A DNA stretch of 64,000 bases from a virus, in IMG/VR virus record IMGVR_UViG_3300044846_000719, positions 32,657 to 96,656 of that record; one strand, 5' to 3'. The notes under the pieces are model-generated. The model saw nothing but the letters and a program-made list of their open reading frames with translations, was not told where the DNA came from and made no database searches. The translations under genes and the position numbers were made by a program. How positions within the stretch are numbered: position 1 is the stretch's first letter; each line of letters starts with the position of its first letter. Below are positions 39,101 through 48,075 of this stretch, in pieces.

Positions 39101-40778
39101 CAGTCTTACTAGAAATAGTATCAGGAATATCATATTCCCTCATATTATTAATAAGACCTTTTGCAATGATAGATCTATTACCCTCTCTTGTACCCCTTAA
39201 GATTTCATACCCAATAATATTACGGATATAGTTAGTCGCTAAATCTTTTGGGAATTCAATATTAGAGAACTCTACACCAAGTAAAGTAAGAGTATTGTTT
39301 GCTGTATTATAATTAGAGATGATAATATCATCCGGCATTTTGTGGTGCCTAATATTCTTAGCACATAAATTAGCCCATATATCTGGTTTATTATCAGGAT
39401 ACTTTTCTGTAGACTCCCAATATGCCATCTCACCTCTTGCTATAATTACACCACCGTCATCTAATGTTCCGGTTGCTGGTACTCTTGTAGCAGTATTGTT
39501 TACTTGCCAGTTTTGTTCTGAACCAAAGTTTACGATGTGATCAGGACCAGCGTTATTATTAAGCTCTCCGGGTTTTGGTGAACGTCCTGGTATATGGTAG
39601 CTAGATGACTTGTCACCTGTGTTATATATCCATCGTATAAAAAAGCTATATACTTCATCTCTTAAAAATGTTGGTTTGTTTCCGCCATCATAATAATATG
39701 TGGCCGGGTATTCTACACCAACCCATCTAGTAACAATATTATTAGCTAATGGTTGGTAATTAAAATCTTCATATGTGGTTGGACCAATCCTAATCAAATA
39801 ATCATTAACATTATACATTGCCACAGATTTCTCATATGACGGTGTACGTAATGGTATTTGCTCTAATGGTACGGTAACCAATGTAGGATCTACTGCATCT
39901 AATGAAATAGTAGTTGACTGCGTAGAGTAGTAACCAATCTTTCTAGCAACGGCTTGTTGATTAACAAAACCAATTAATACTAATTCAAATTCATCATAGT
40001 CTGCATCAAGGCCGGTAAATGTAATATCTAAAGAACCATTAGCATTATCATGTGTCCACAATGCTTGTACATTAGAGATTGATAAATAGTCTGTTACTCT
40101 TATTCCGTTAACAGAGTAAGCCATTGTAGCCTGATAAGAACCATTTAACAATGTACCTAGACCATAACCCTTAGTAACTTGAATACAAGGTGTATTAGCA
40201 TATGCAGCTAGTCTTAGTTTGTCGCAATCAATTACACCGGTAGATACTTCATCTTTACATGGGCCTGGAAGAATATCTGTTGTAATGTAAGGAACACCAT
40301 CCCAGTTACCTACAGGATAAGGCCATAAATCTTCATTACCAATATTCATTGTTCTGGTAGGATTAAATCCATCATCCCAATATAAGTTCCATTTACAATC
40401 TGAACTATATTTAGATACACCAGTTATAGGGTAATCTTTTGAAAAGTTAAAACATTTGTTTTGTGGATCATTATAGATAGTATAATAATCACAAGTATTC
40501 TCATCAAATAAACCAATCTCTGAACTAAAAATATTAGTGGAGTAAATAGCCCATTTACCATTACCAATACTAACTGTACCAATAATAGTATATGGTGCTC
40601 TAGCACATAATACGTTACTAGGCTCATTACCTAATACACCAACATCTCCAGATGGAGAATTGTTAACGGCATTCCTTGCATGTGTCCAGTAACCCTCACC
40701 TATAAAAGTATCACTTACGTCTTTAAGTAGACCTTTATTATAGAGTTCGGTGTGTATTAAACTAGTTTTACCATCCAT
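36132..40778 (-). CDS. Tail stabilisation / muzzle protein (crAss-like, P22 gp10-related)
   Basis: 1548 aa; KGLLKD..WTHARNAV..GVLGNEPSN N-terminus, beta-propeller-like C-terminus with WTVSYDP..FISFHDWQP; located after the ring proteins. Confidence 0.8.
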   Translation of the reverse strand: MDGKTSLIHTELYNKGLLKDVSDTFIGEGYWTHARNAVNNSPSGDVGVLGNEPSNVLCARAPYTIIGTVSIGNGKWAIYSTNIFSSEIGLFDENTCDYYTIYNDPQNKCFNFSKDYPITGVSKYSSDCKWNLYWDDGFNPTRTMNIGNEDLWPYPVGNWDGVPYITTDILPGPCKDEVSTGVIDCDKLRLAAYANTPCIQVTKGYGLGTLLNGSYQATMAYSVNGIRVTDYLSISNVQALWTHDNANGSLDITFTGLDADYDEFELVLIGFVNQQAVARKIGYYSTQSTTISLDAVDPTLVTVPLEQIPLRTPSYEKSVAMYNVNDYLIRIGPTTYEDFNYQPLANNIVTRWVGVEYPATYYYDGGNKPTFLRDEVYSFFIRWIYNTGDKSSSYHIPGRSPKPGELNNNAGPDHIVNFGSEQNWQVNNTATRVPATGTLDDGGVIIARGEMAYWESTEKYPDNKPDIWANLCAKNIRHHKMPDDIIISNYNTANNTLTLLGVEFSNIEFPKDLATNYIRNIIGYEILRGTREGNRSIIAKGLINNMREYDIPDTISSKTGLYVNYPYNPLSPDPFLGVDVVTGKQTRGGAYRDAVPNDVRLFSSYRKDMFSFHSPETTFRNPFLSATELKVYGELWGNVEGNFRPVDNHPKDKFITDFAAVIANFAGIAIGSAATISAVFGGNLVEAAAKVAVITGNFAAFGGITGTSAGPIAGAATAIVGAAVGYVILFSYYYIESTQNVIEGIEAASGKRQFAYQYISRGFYNNFISSPIGNRRREIIKSLYVDPVIQDYDTTYRINNLFRASTVTLTTNSGIADPSVIDNTLFTIGDIARGDHGRTADNDIWKEPTKLQNSVTSAHYAALKIKNDNQYGQLDAIRQIPVGCIDLWTLQYTQKATSNIIFGGDMYVNRYTEKSTFFYFSQWMQDLPDNTEWDYRLYNMLPYPRYWMDTSKYNAADLFEGIFGGTQALPNDFHHLDRRIISGAFSVRFAYMYLFNSGIRDFYVESELNLAYRDYGDDPGKRHYDFNTYTDYEEMFRTPYIKDTNYQKYDYALSISKHFTNFVSWGNIQPRIYNPDNVGCFTTYPTRVIYSLQQQYELRKDNWRQFLANNYYDFDSRVTSMRSVGKTGAVIMLEHGAPMLFQGVETLDLNGGTKLSIGDGQLFNAQPLQNLSNADSEFEYGSCQSKLSVINTPAGLFYMSQNQGKIFSYGQGLQDISKSGMKWWFSQYSPYALLVDFPNIDTTMLDNTIIGIGCQTTYDNINEIVFFCKRDFKLKSEYIGRVKYLVGLGNKFEFLDFPGYQITLGDPIYFENASWTVSYDPKAKAFISFHDWQPNLVMSSKTYYMTVKDDGIWKHNLVCDSFCNYYGVNYPFEVEYVQNQGQTVTTTRSIEYILECYKYSKNCLDYNHLLNENFDRAVIYNTEQISGDLILNLSPLNNPYAINNYPIINTSSIDILFSKVEQKYRFNEFWDITNDRGQTSANTTPMWVTEANGYIRNINATYVNYNKGATQRKKFRHYINKVLLKKLVSGSSKFFLKLSNNKLLASFR

Positions 40779-41266
40779 TATCTTAACTTATTTAAATATT
40801 CTACAGCTTTGATAAGCAGTTCTGGATTATCTTTAAATTTTCCTAATCCAGCATTACAATTATCACATAAAAATCCTCTTACTTTTAATGTAGTATGACA
40901 ATGATCTAAACACAAAGATTTTTTAAAACCATCTGGTGTCTTATTACATATAGCACATTTATTATCTTGTTCTTCTAAAAGATTATGATATTGATCTTTT
41001 GTAATATCTAAACCAAGTTTTTTATAACATGAAAACTTTACAGATAATTTAAATTTTTCAGGATTATTTTTTCTATATACTCTTGATCTTTCTTTTGCAT
41101 TTAAAATAGCAGTTTCAGATAGTTTATATTTTTTCTTAAATTCTTTTAAACAAGAAATACATCTACTATCTTTATTATACAAATATCCTTTTGCAGTATG
41201 AAAAAAATCTAAAGTTTTCTTTTCATTACATAAAGTACATGTTTTATATAAAATTTCTAAACTCAT
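40778..41266 (-). CDS. Endonuclease VII-family (HNH-fold) homing endonuclease
   Basis: CAIC...LDHCHTTLKVRGFLCDNCNAGLGKFKDNPELL; N-terminal CxxC...CxxC finger; ATG at 41266 overlaps the upstream TGA. Confidence 0.88.
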   Translation of the reverse strand: MSLEILYKTCTLCNEKKTLDFFHTAKGYLYNKDSRCISCLKEFKKKYKLSETAILNAKERSRVYRKNNPEKFKLSVKFSCYKKLGLDITKDQYHNLLEEQDNKCAICNKTPDGFKKSLCLDHCHTTLKVRGFLCDNCNAGLGKFKDNPELLIKAVEYLNKLR

Positions 41267-42126
41267 CTCCAACTGTTATGATTATAGCTTTTAAATTGAT
41301 CGTAATATTTGCCATATTGTGCTTTGCGGTTCATCTCCCACATCTTATACATCTCTGCAAAGTTTGGAGTGTTAACTAAAGACAATGCATTATTACGAGC
41401 AGCTCTTAGTCTCTGTTCAATAAGATTAAGCTTTTGTACTACATCCTCACCATTCATGTAAAGGTTCTCAAGCAATCTCTGTTTAAGAGCATACTCATAG
41501 TATTCATTTACATATGGATTATCCAACACCATTAAGTTACCCTCCTCATCTTCCATAGTACCTTGATAGTTAACATATAACTTACCGTGCTCTAGGTTTA
41601 AATAAATATAACCATTCTTAAGTTGTCCTCTGTATGGAGATTGCCAAGTAAGGTTAGGACAATCACATGAAATAGTTTTAGAGTTATTATCTAAAGAGAT
41701 AACTGTATTAATCTCATACGTCCTAGTCTCAAACTGTGTAGTCTGAATTACTTGTAGTAAATCACCACACTGAGTTAAACAGGTACTCTCTGGAGTACAA
41801 GGATCTAGAGGACCGGGAATAAATGGTACAACTACATCTTCTCTATGGGTACCTGACATTGCTGGCTGTGTAACTGTATAAGAACCACACAACATTGCAT
41901 AGTTCAATACAAAGAAATCATCCGGTAGTCTTACTTTACTATTGACAATATCTAATACAACCTCTTTGGTCATATTAATTCTAAGTCCTAAATCATAGTT
42001 AACCCGTTGCACAACTTTAATAAGTTGCTGGGGCTCTATCATATTCTCTAAAGCATACATAGAGAAATCAACACTTACATCTTCAAGCAATTGATTAAAT
42101 GTCCGGTATCTAAGTTCTGTAAGCAT
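41263..42126 (-). CDS. Tail ring / tubular protein
   Basis: 287 aa; VRLPDDF and YYEYALK motifs; position upstream of the stabilisation protein as in Crassvirales. Confidence 0.6.
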   Translation of the reverse strand: MLTELRYRTFNQLLEDVSVDFSMYALENMIEPQQLIKVVQRVNYDLGLRINMTKEVVLDIVNSKVRLPDDFFVLNYAMLCGSYTVTQPAMSGTHREDVVVPFIPGPLDPCTPESTCLTQCGDLLQVIQTTQFETRTYEINTVISLDNNSKTISCDCPNLTWQSPYRGQLKNGYIYLNLEHGKLYVNYQGTMEDEEGNLMVLDNPYVNEYYEYALKQRLLENLYMNGEDVVQKLNLIEQRLRAARNNALSLVNTPNFAEMYKMWEMNRKAQYGKYYDQFKSYNHNSWR

Positions 42127-42782
42127 TATCTGTTAGGATTAATATTGTCATCACTAAGATCTGTTGGAATAGAAAGTCTAGAACCAAGATCTTTAATTAC
42201 CATAGCCTCAATTTCAGCTAATAAAAATTCAGGTACATTGATACCCAAATCTTGTTTCTTAGTACACTCATCTCCCTGAGTTGCATCTTCAGTAAAGATT
42301 GCCTCTACTTTGATAGCATCCCAATCTAGATTAGGCATATACAAGTATCCGTTTAAGTACCAGAAGTATTTAAATTTGTTATACTTAAAACCGGTTGTCT
42401 TACTCATAGATGTAAACTGTCCAGGAGTAGTTGCATATAACTCCTCAGATACATCAATAGAGCTCACTGTACGGATCAAAGGACCCCAGTAACCCTCTAG
42501 CATAACCGGTAACTTTTCTTTTGTTCTTTTAATCATGCATCCGGATTTAATTCCGGCACAACATGCTTCAATTCTATCTACCTCAATTAACTCTAAACAA
42601 TCTAGAGTTCTCCATATAGAATTAAACTTCATTAATTTATTCTGTGAGTCTTGTCTCCTCATCAGAAGTTGAGAGTATTTTACAACTACACTGTAAACAT
42701 ACCTATCAGTTAGGAAAGCATCTTGCCTTACCCCTTTTACCTGATTCTTTACCCGTGATATTACGGTGCCAATAGTTACCAT
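42126..42782 (-). CDS. Tail ring / tubular protein
   Basis: 218 aa; YFWYLNGYLY..IKVEAIF, C-terminal IPTDLSDD; conserved synteny. Confidence 0.6.
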   Translation of the reverse strand: MVTIGTVISRVKNQVKGVRQDAFLTDRYVYSVVVKYSQLLMRRQDSQNKLMKFNSIWRTLDCLELIEVDRIEACCAGIKSGCMIKRTKEKLPVMLEGYWGPLIRTVSSIDVSEELYATTPGQFTSMSKTTGFKYNKFKYFWYLNGYLYMPNLDWDAIKVEAIFTEDATQGDECTKKQDLGINVPEFLLAEIEAMVIKDLGSRLSIPTDLSDDNINPNR

Positions 42783-42787
42783 TTTTA

Positions 42788-43369
42788 TTAAAATTCAAAT
42801 TCATCATATAACTTAAGCGTTTCTGCATCTTGTTTTTTACCACCCTCTTTTCTCATGGCTTTTGAAAACATCTCAGATACTTTTTTATATGAATCTACAA
42901 CAATGTATTTCTGCCAAGATACAGGATACTCTTTAGCTACTGATCTCTTGAATTGTCTAACAGATTGAAAACCCCATAACTCACGGTTTGCAAACTTGTA
43001 TTTGGTCTGATAATTTGTATAGAATATTTTGGCCAACTTAGAATCTGATTCTAGATTCCTGTTCTTTATTTCTTTACCGTATTTAACTGATAGACCATAA
43101 TTTACATTAGTGTCCCGGTTAAATGTACAGGTACCTATAAACAGGTATCCCAGACTTTCTGGTAACTCAACTCCATCTCTATACTCAATTACCTCTTTCC
43201 AAATATTTTCATTAAACTTCATCACTATTTTTTTAATAGTTTTGTCATCTAATGTAGAGAACTCAGGATGCTTCTCTTTGAACTCCGCTATAAAATCTTT
43301 TGTTAAGATTCTTTTAGGTTTTATTCTCAGCCTTGAAGCATGTAAATCAGGTGCTTTATATCCTCTCAT
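42788..43369 (-). CDS. crAss-type IHF/HU-like protein
   Basis: Basic 193-aa protein with helix-helix-GVELPESLGYLFIG pattern, next to ring genes as in crAss-like phages. Confidence 0.55.
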   Translation of the reverse strand: MRGYKAPDLHASRLRIKPKRILTKDFIAEFKEKHPEFSTLDDKTIKKIVMKFNENIWKEVIEYRDGVELPESLGYLFIGTCTFNRDTNVNYGLSVKYGKEIKNRNLESDSKLAKIFYTNYQTKYKFANRELWGFQSVRQFKRSVAKEYPVSWQKYIVVDSYKKVSEMFSKAMRKEGGKKQDAETLKLYDEFEF

Positions 43370-43408
43370 ACCTTGACTACATTAATAAGATACAAAATTT
43401 AATCCAGA

Positions 43409-44617
43409 TTAAATACAGTTATACACAAACTCACCAATCTTACCATTGTCATAATCATGAACCTCAATAATAGCAGCTCTCTTGCTACCTATAAACTTAT
43501 TATGGTAGTGCCAGTAATCTGTTTTAGATAAGCTAGGTATGATTTTAATAGAGAATCCGGTGATCTCATCTTCAGTAATATACTCAATAGTCTTCTTCTT
43601 ATGATAGTGACCAGTATATAAAGTTCTAAACTTAGTAGTACCCCAGTCTTCAGAAAACTCCGTAGCATATACTAGTAAAGAGTTCTTAGTATTTACATCA
43701 CCGTGCTCAAATGCAAAGAAGTTATTATTAAATGTAAGTACCTTTCTCTCTGCATAATCTGAATGCCATGCAATGCTTTCTTCTTGAATAGCTTTAGAGA
43801 GAGCATGTACTAGATGATATGAAGATAATCTATCATGGTTACCGGGTATGTACATTATATGTAATGTCTCACACCGCTCCTTTAAAAAACGAATGCCCCG
43901 GTATAGGGCATCAAAAGCTTCAGCATATACTTTGTAAGACTTATCAGAGTTCTCTACTGGAGTACCTGCTGTAGTAGTACCATTAAACGTATCCATGTTT
44001 AATATGTCACCACCTATTACATATACCAGATCATCTATAAAGTAATTATTACTTACACTTTCTGTAAGTTGTTCTAGTGAGGCAAAGTATTGTTCTATGA
44101 TATCATCATTACCATCCTTACCAATATGCATGTCCTGCATAGATAATACACAGCTTACATACTTATGTCTCTTTTGTTTTCTTATTGTAACGGGTTGATA
44201 ATCCGGTTTAAAATTATCTAAGATATCTTTTAAGTGATCTTCTTTAGTCTTTACTACTTTAGTTACTAGAGCTGATACTAACCACTTATCATTTTTTTCT
44301 TTGTTCCAGTATTGAGATAACTTCCACTCATTAGTATCTATACCTAGTATCTCTATAATCTCTTCTGGTGTTCTAGGATTAAATGATACTAGCTTTTCTA
44401 TAGTGCCGGTACCTTTATCTAAATCATAAGATTCAGAGTTAAGTTTTTCAGTATGAGGATCTTTAGTGTAGATTAATTTTCTAGATTTAAAACCTAAATT
44501 CTTTTTAATCTTTAAATATTCATCTAAAGTAATACCAATTCTTCTTGCACACTCAACATTGGATAGCTTCCAGCTTCTACTTTTAGCTACCTTATCTTTT
44601 AATTCTTGCGAATACAT
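43409..44617 (-). CDS. Calcineurin-like metallophosphoesterase with N-terminal HTH-like region
   Basis: Motifs DMHIG, GGDILN, PGNHD, HGD and GHYH in the canonical order. Confidence 0.85.
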   Translation of the reverse strand: MYSQELKDKVAKSRSWKLSNVECARRIGITLDEYLKIKKNLGFKSRKLIYTKDPHTEKLNSESYDLDKGTGTIEKLVSFNPRTPEEIIEILGIDTNEWKLSQYWNKEKNDKWLVSALVTKVVKTKEDHLKDILDNFKPDYQPVTIRKQKRHKYVSCVLSMQDMHIGKDGNDDIIEQYFASLEQLTESVSNNYFIDDLVYVIGGDILNMDTFNGTTTAGTPVENSDKSYKVYAEAFDALYRGIRFLKERCETLHIMYIPGNHDRLSSYHLVHALSKAIQEESIAWHSDYAERKVLTFNNNFFAFEHGDVNTKNSLLVYATEFSEDWGTTKFRTLYTGHYHKKKTIEYITEDEITGFSIKIIPSLSKTDYWHYHNKFIGSKRAAIIEVHDYDNGKIGEFVYNCI

Positions 44618-44633
44618 GTAGTGATTGTTTTAT

Positions 44634-44641
44634 CAAATGTA
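44634..44641 (-). promoter_or_regulatory. Bacteroidota -7 element TACATTTG
   Basis: 16 nt upstream of the phosphoesterase ATG and downstream of a terminator. Confidence 0.55.
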
Positions 44642-44668
44642 GTTAAAATAATTTATATACAAGTTATT

Positions 44669-44700
44669 ATAAAATAAACCCCGGCTTTTTACACCGGGGT
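44669..44700 (-). terminator. Rho-independent terminator
   Basis: ACCCCGG-TGTAAAAAG-CCGGGGT followed by TTATTTTAT on the minus strand. Confidence 0.8.
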
Positions 44701-44735
44701 CTAATCAGAGGGATAAACCAACAAACCCTCTTAGT
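44669..44735 (-). ncRNA. Candidate small RNA (hairpin GAGGG-TTTGTTGGTTTAT-CCCTC plus terminator)
   Basis: No ORF; bracketed by a late-promoter-like motif (44735-44757) and a strong terminator. Confidence 0.3.
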
Positions 44736-44779
44736 ACTTATACAATATTAATATACTGTAGATGGTTTAATAAAACAAG

Positions 44780-45091
44780 TTATGCAGATAAAATAGTTAC
44801 AGAATCTTGTCCTGTAACCTCTTCAATCTTAGTCTTACACTTCTCATGAATCAAAGTAGCTAAAGAAGCACCCCAGAACTCTTCTGAAGTTAACTCTGTC
44901 TGTACTTGATTAGGTAAAGAAGATACGTTTAAGGGAGACTTTCCAGCCACCCAATCTTCTTCAGATTTGAAGTAAGACAAGTTCACCCAGTTAGACTGAG
45001 GAGCAAGAATGAAAATGTTTAAATAACCAAAGGCATTTGATACCTCAAATCCTTCATCGGTTGTAATCTGTGTGTTTATAGATAGTGCCAT
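44780..45091 (-). CDS. Small acidic fibre-associated (assembly/chaperone-like) protein
   Basis: 103 aa, directly after two fibres; weak similarity to 61833..62207; own TAAATTTG element at 45117-45124. Confidence 0.5.
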   Translation of the reverse strand: MALSINTQITTDEGFEVSNAFGYLNIFILAPQSNWVNLSYFKSEEDWVAGKSPLNVSSLPNQVQTELTSEEFWGASLATLIHEKCKTKIEEVTGQDSVTILSA

Positions 45092-45129
45092 AATTTTATA
45101 TTTTATATTTTTATTTCAAATTTAAGTAA

Positions 45130-46521
45130 TTAATAAGAAACCTCAGTAAGTGATATAGCCGCAACTATCCGCATGGTAACTGAACCACCCCCTGCAAACG
45201 TAGGGCCAGTAAAGGTAATAGCCATTTCTTGAGATGCACCAGCAGTATAAGCGATGTTAGCAAGTGTTAAACTACCTGCAATGGTTTCAATGGCGTGAGT
45301 ACCTGCTGAGGTATGAGCAGAAACTGTAGTAGTGCCTGCACGTTTAGCAACTGCAAGTAAATCTGTAGATACTTTAGTATCTCCACCAGTAACACCTGTA
45401 GCCGTTCCTGTAATATTAGTAACTACAGCCACCCAACGTACTTGTACATTCCACATACGACTTGTACCAGTAGGAATAATTAAATTTGTAACACCTGTGC
45501 CATCCAAAGAAAGCACAGCAGTACCCCCTGTAGTTAATATCGCTTCTTGACGAGCAGTCAATAAAGATTGTTGTGTTGCAATTTGTCCCGTAAATGTACC
45601 ACTTGCTAAAGCACTTTGTGCGTATAAATAAGATGTAGAACCAAGACCGATAGCAGTACCACTTTCGGGTGATGTTACAGATGTAGACCTACCTAAAGAA
45701 AATCCATAACTACCACTTATTGTATTATTATTACCAACAGCAACCGAACCAACTCCTGAAACGTTATTAAAAGAACCAAAAGCACAGGAAAAAACATTAC
45801 TTGCCGTATTTTGTCTACCTATTGCTACCGCACTGTCAGCACTTGCCGAATTGCTATTACCTATAGCCACACTTGCTCCTATCCCTGAAGCAATATTGCT
45901 TAAACCAATAGCAACAGCCCTTGTACTACTGGCAGTATTACCCTGCCCACCGCTTACACTATGTTGCCCACTACTCGTATTAGTTTGTCCACCTACTACT
46001 GTAGCGTGTGTGTTAGTTGAAGCAGTATTAGATTGACCTCCTGACACTGTGCTGTAAGAGGAGGAGGCTGTGTTACTACGCCCTCCACTGATTGTACCGC
46101 CTTCTCCACTTGAATTATTTAAATATCCAAAAGCAATTGAAAATTGATTAGAAGCGTTTGAATCTGACCCTCCTGCAATTGAACTTGTACCACTTGCTAC
46201 ATTCCCTTGCCCACCAACAACAGTAGAACTACTACCGCTACTTGTATTGTATGCTCCACCCGATAATACTGAAAACGTCCCACTTGCAACAGAACTCGCT
46301 CCACTTCTAAAAGATTGCAAGTCTACTGCATTTTGACCCCTTGCGTTTCCACCCGTAGACGTATCATCGGGAATATCAGCAATCAAAGCACCTGTACCGT
46401 TGGGCACAATAGCCAAGTTTGAATTTGTAGTATCTGTTTGGATAACAGTTGTTGTCTGAGTGGCCACATTGACATCACTCGTAAGTCTTAATCTTCCAAA
46501 TAATTTATTAAACGCTCCCAT
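45130..46521 (-). CDS. Fibre / receptor-binding protein with YadA-head-like (beta-roll) repeats
   Basis: 14-aa SxxxGGxxNTAS and AVAIG repeats; paralog of 46534..48072. Confidence 0.75.
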   Translation of the reverse strand: MGAFNKLFGRLRLTSDVNVATQTTTVIQTDTTNSNLAIVPNGTGALIADIPDDTSTGGNARGQNAVDLQSFRSGASSVASGTFSVLSGGAYNTSSGSSSTVVGGQGNVASGTSSIAGGSDSNASNQFSIAFGYLNNSSGEGGTISGGRSNTASSSYSTVSGGQSNTASTNTHATVVGGQTNTSSGQHSVSGGQGNTASSTRAVAIGLSNIASGIGASVAIGNSNSASADSAVAIGRQNTASNVFSCAFGSFNNVSGVGSVAVGNNNTISGSYGFSLGRSTSVTSPESGTAIGLGSTSYLYAQSALASGTFTGQIATQQSLLTARQEAILTTGGTAVLSLDGTGVTNLIIPTGTSRMWNVQVRWVAVVTNITGTATGVTGGDTKVSTDLLAVAKRAGTTTVSAHTSAGTHAIETIAGSLTLANIAYTAGASQEMAITFTGPTFAGGGSVTMRIVAAISLTEVSY

Positions 46522-46533
46522 AATTTTTATTTA

Positions 46534-48072
46534 TTAAAATGCTACCTCTACTAATGAAACCTTAGCAACTACTCTCATAGTTACAGAACCTCCCCCTGCA
46601 AATGTTGGCCCAGTAAATGTAAGTGCCAATTCTTGTGATGCACCTGCGGTGTATGTCATTAAGCAAGTATCCATAATAGCATTATCAGAGGCTTCTGAAT
46701 CACTTAACATATTACCCATAGTAGATGTGCCTGCAAGTCTTTTAAATCCAAAACTGGATTCTCCATACACGTAATCACCAACTGTAATACCTGTAGCAGT
46801 TCCCGTGATAGTTGTTACTGTTGCAACCCACTCAACCTTAACTTTCCACATACGGTGAGTGCCACTTGGAACAATTAAATTGGTTACTCCTGTACCATCT
46901 AAAGATAAAACTGTAGTTGCTGCTGAATTGAGTGTGTCATATCGCCAAGCATTTACAGTTGAATTTTGATTTGTCCTACTCGCACCAGTAGCACCTCCTT
47001 GAACAAATTGATTATATAAGTACCCAGCACCATTTAGACCTACAACAACAGAACAATTAGCACCAGCCGTAATGCTATGACCACTTCCAATAGCGACAGA
47101 TTGAGAAGCGGCTACTAAATTATCAATACCACCTATCGCAGCAGCAAACGAAGCCGATACTGTGCTATTTCCTGATAGACCCTTAGCCCCTTCAGCCGTA
47201 CAATTCATTCCATTTCCTAATGCTATAGTACCAGTTGCTGTTGCACGTGTTGAAGCATTTCCATAAGCAAAAGAATTACCACCACTTGCAATAACACCTG
47301 TACCACCAGCAACACTAAGCCCACCACTGGCGGTATTACTACTACCTCCTATAACCGTAGCGTGTGCTGAAGATGCAGTATTACTCTGCCCCCCCACAAC
47401 CGTAGCGTGTGTTCCTGTAGATGCTGTGTTTGATTGTCCGCCTGAGATGGTTGAATAGGAACTATTTGCAGAATTGCTTCTACCTCCTGAAATTGTCGCA
47501 CTACCAACAGAACCCCCTACGGCTATACTATTGAATAATCCACCACCTATAAAAGAGTGTCCACTACTTCCGATAGTATTTTGCTGACCACCAACAACAA
47601 CTTGGTAACCATCTAAACCAGATACACTGTTTAATGTACCTCCACCAACAAAACCACCTGTAGAACTTGCAAAGTTTTGACCACCACCAACAACAACACT
47701 AATAACTCCGCTTGCAACTTGTGTTGCTCCTGCTCTATTAGTTTGCAAATCAACAGCGTAAGCACCCCTCGCTTGACCACCTGTAGCAGTTCCATCGGGA
47801 ATACTTGCAACTAAAGCACCTGTACCGTTAGGGGCGATTACTAAGTTAGCATTGGTAGTAGTTGATTGGATTACAGAAGACGTCTGTGTAGTTACAGAAG
47901 AATCTGAGGCAATACCTACTCTAAGTGTAGATAAATACAATGGAGAACCTGTACCGGTACCATCCTGTACTTGTCTTAATGTAGCATCTAATATAGTACC
48001 TACGGGTAACTGTAAATTATTTGTACCTCCCCCTCCAGCACCTAGAGAAAAGAATTTAGCATATCTAGCCAT
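46534..48072 (-). CDS. Fibre / receptor-binding protein with YadA-head-like repeats
   Basis: Same repeats; C-terminus near-identical to the neighbour (YTAGASQE..TFTGPTFAGGGSVTMR). Confidence 0.75.
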   Translation of the reverse strand: MARYAKFFSLGAGGGGTNNLQLPVGTILDATLRQVQDGTGTGSPLYLSTLRVGIASDSSVTTQTSSVIQSTTTNANLVIAPNGTGALVASIPDGTATGGQARGAYAVDLQTNRAGATQVASGVISVVVGGGQNFASSTGGFVGGGTLNSVSGLDGYQVVVGGQQNTIGSSGHSFIGGGLFNSIAVGGSVGSATISGGRSNSANSSYSTISGGQSNTASTGTHATVVGGQSNTASSAHATVIGGSSNTASGGLSVAGGTGVIASGGNSFAYGNASTRATATGTIALGNGMNCTAEGAKGLSGNSTVSASFAAAIGGIDNLVAASQSVAIGSGHSITAGANCSVVVGLNGAGYLYNQFVQGGATGASRTNQNSTVNAWRYDTLNSAATTVLSLDGTGVTNLIVPSGTHRMWKVKVEWVATVTTITGTATGITVGDYVYGESSFGFKRLAGTSTMGNMLSDSEASDNAIMDTCLMTYTAGASQELALTFTGPTFAGGGSVTMRVVAKVSLVEVAF

Positions 48073-48075
48073 GAT

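Noticed and set aside
45130-48072. Diversity-generating retroelement template/variable repeat pair
   Set aside because: No reverse transcriptase in the window; both repeats are coding, and the differences are not adenine-specific.
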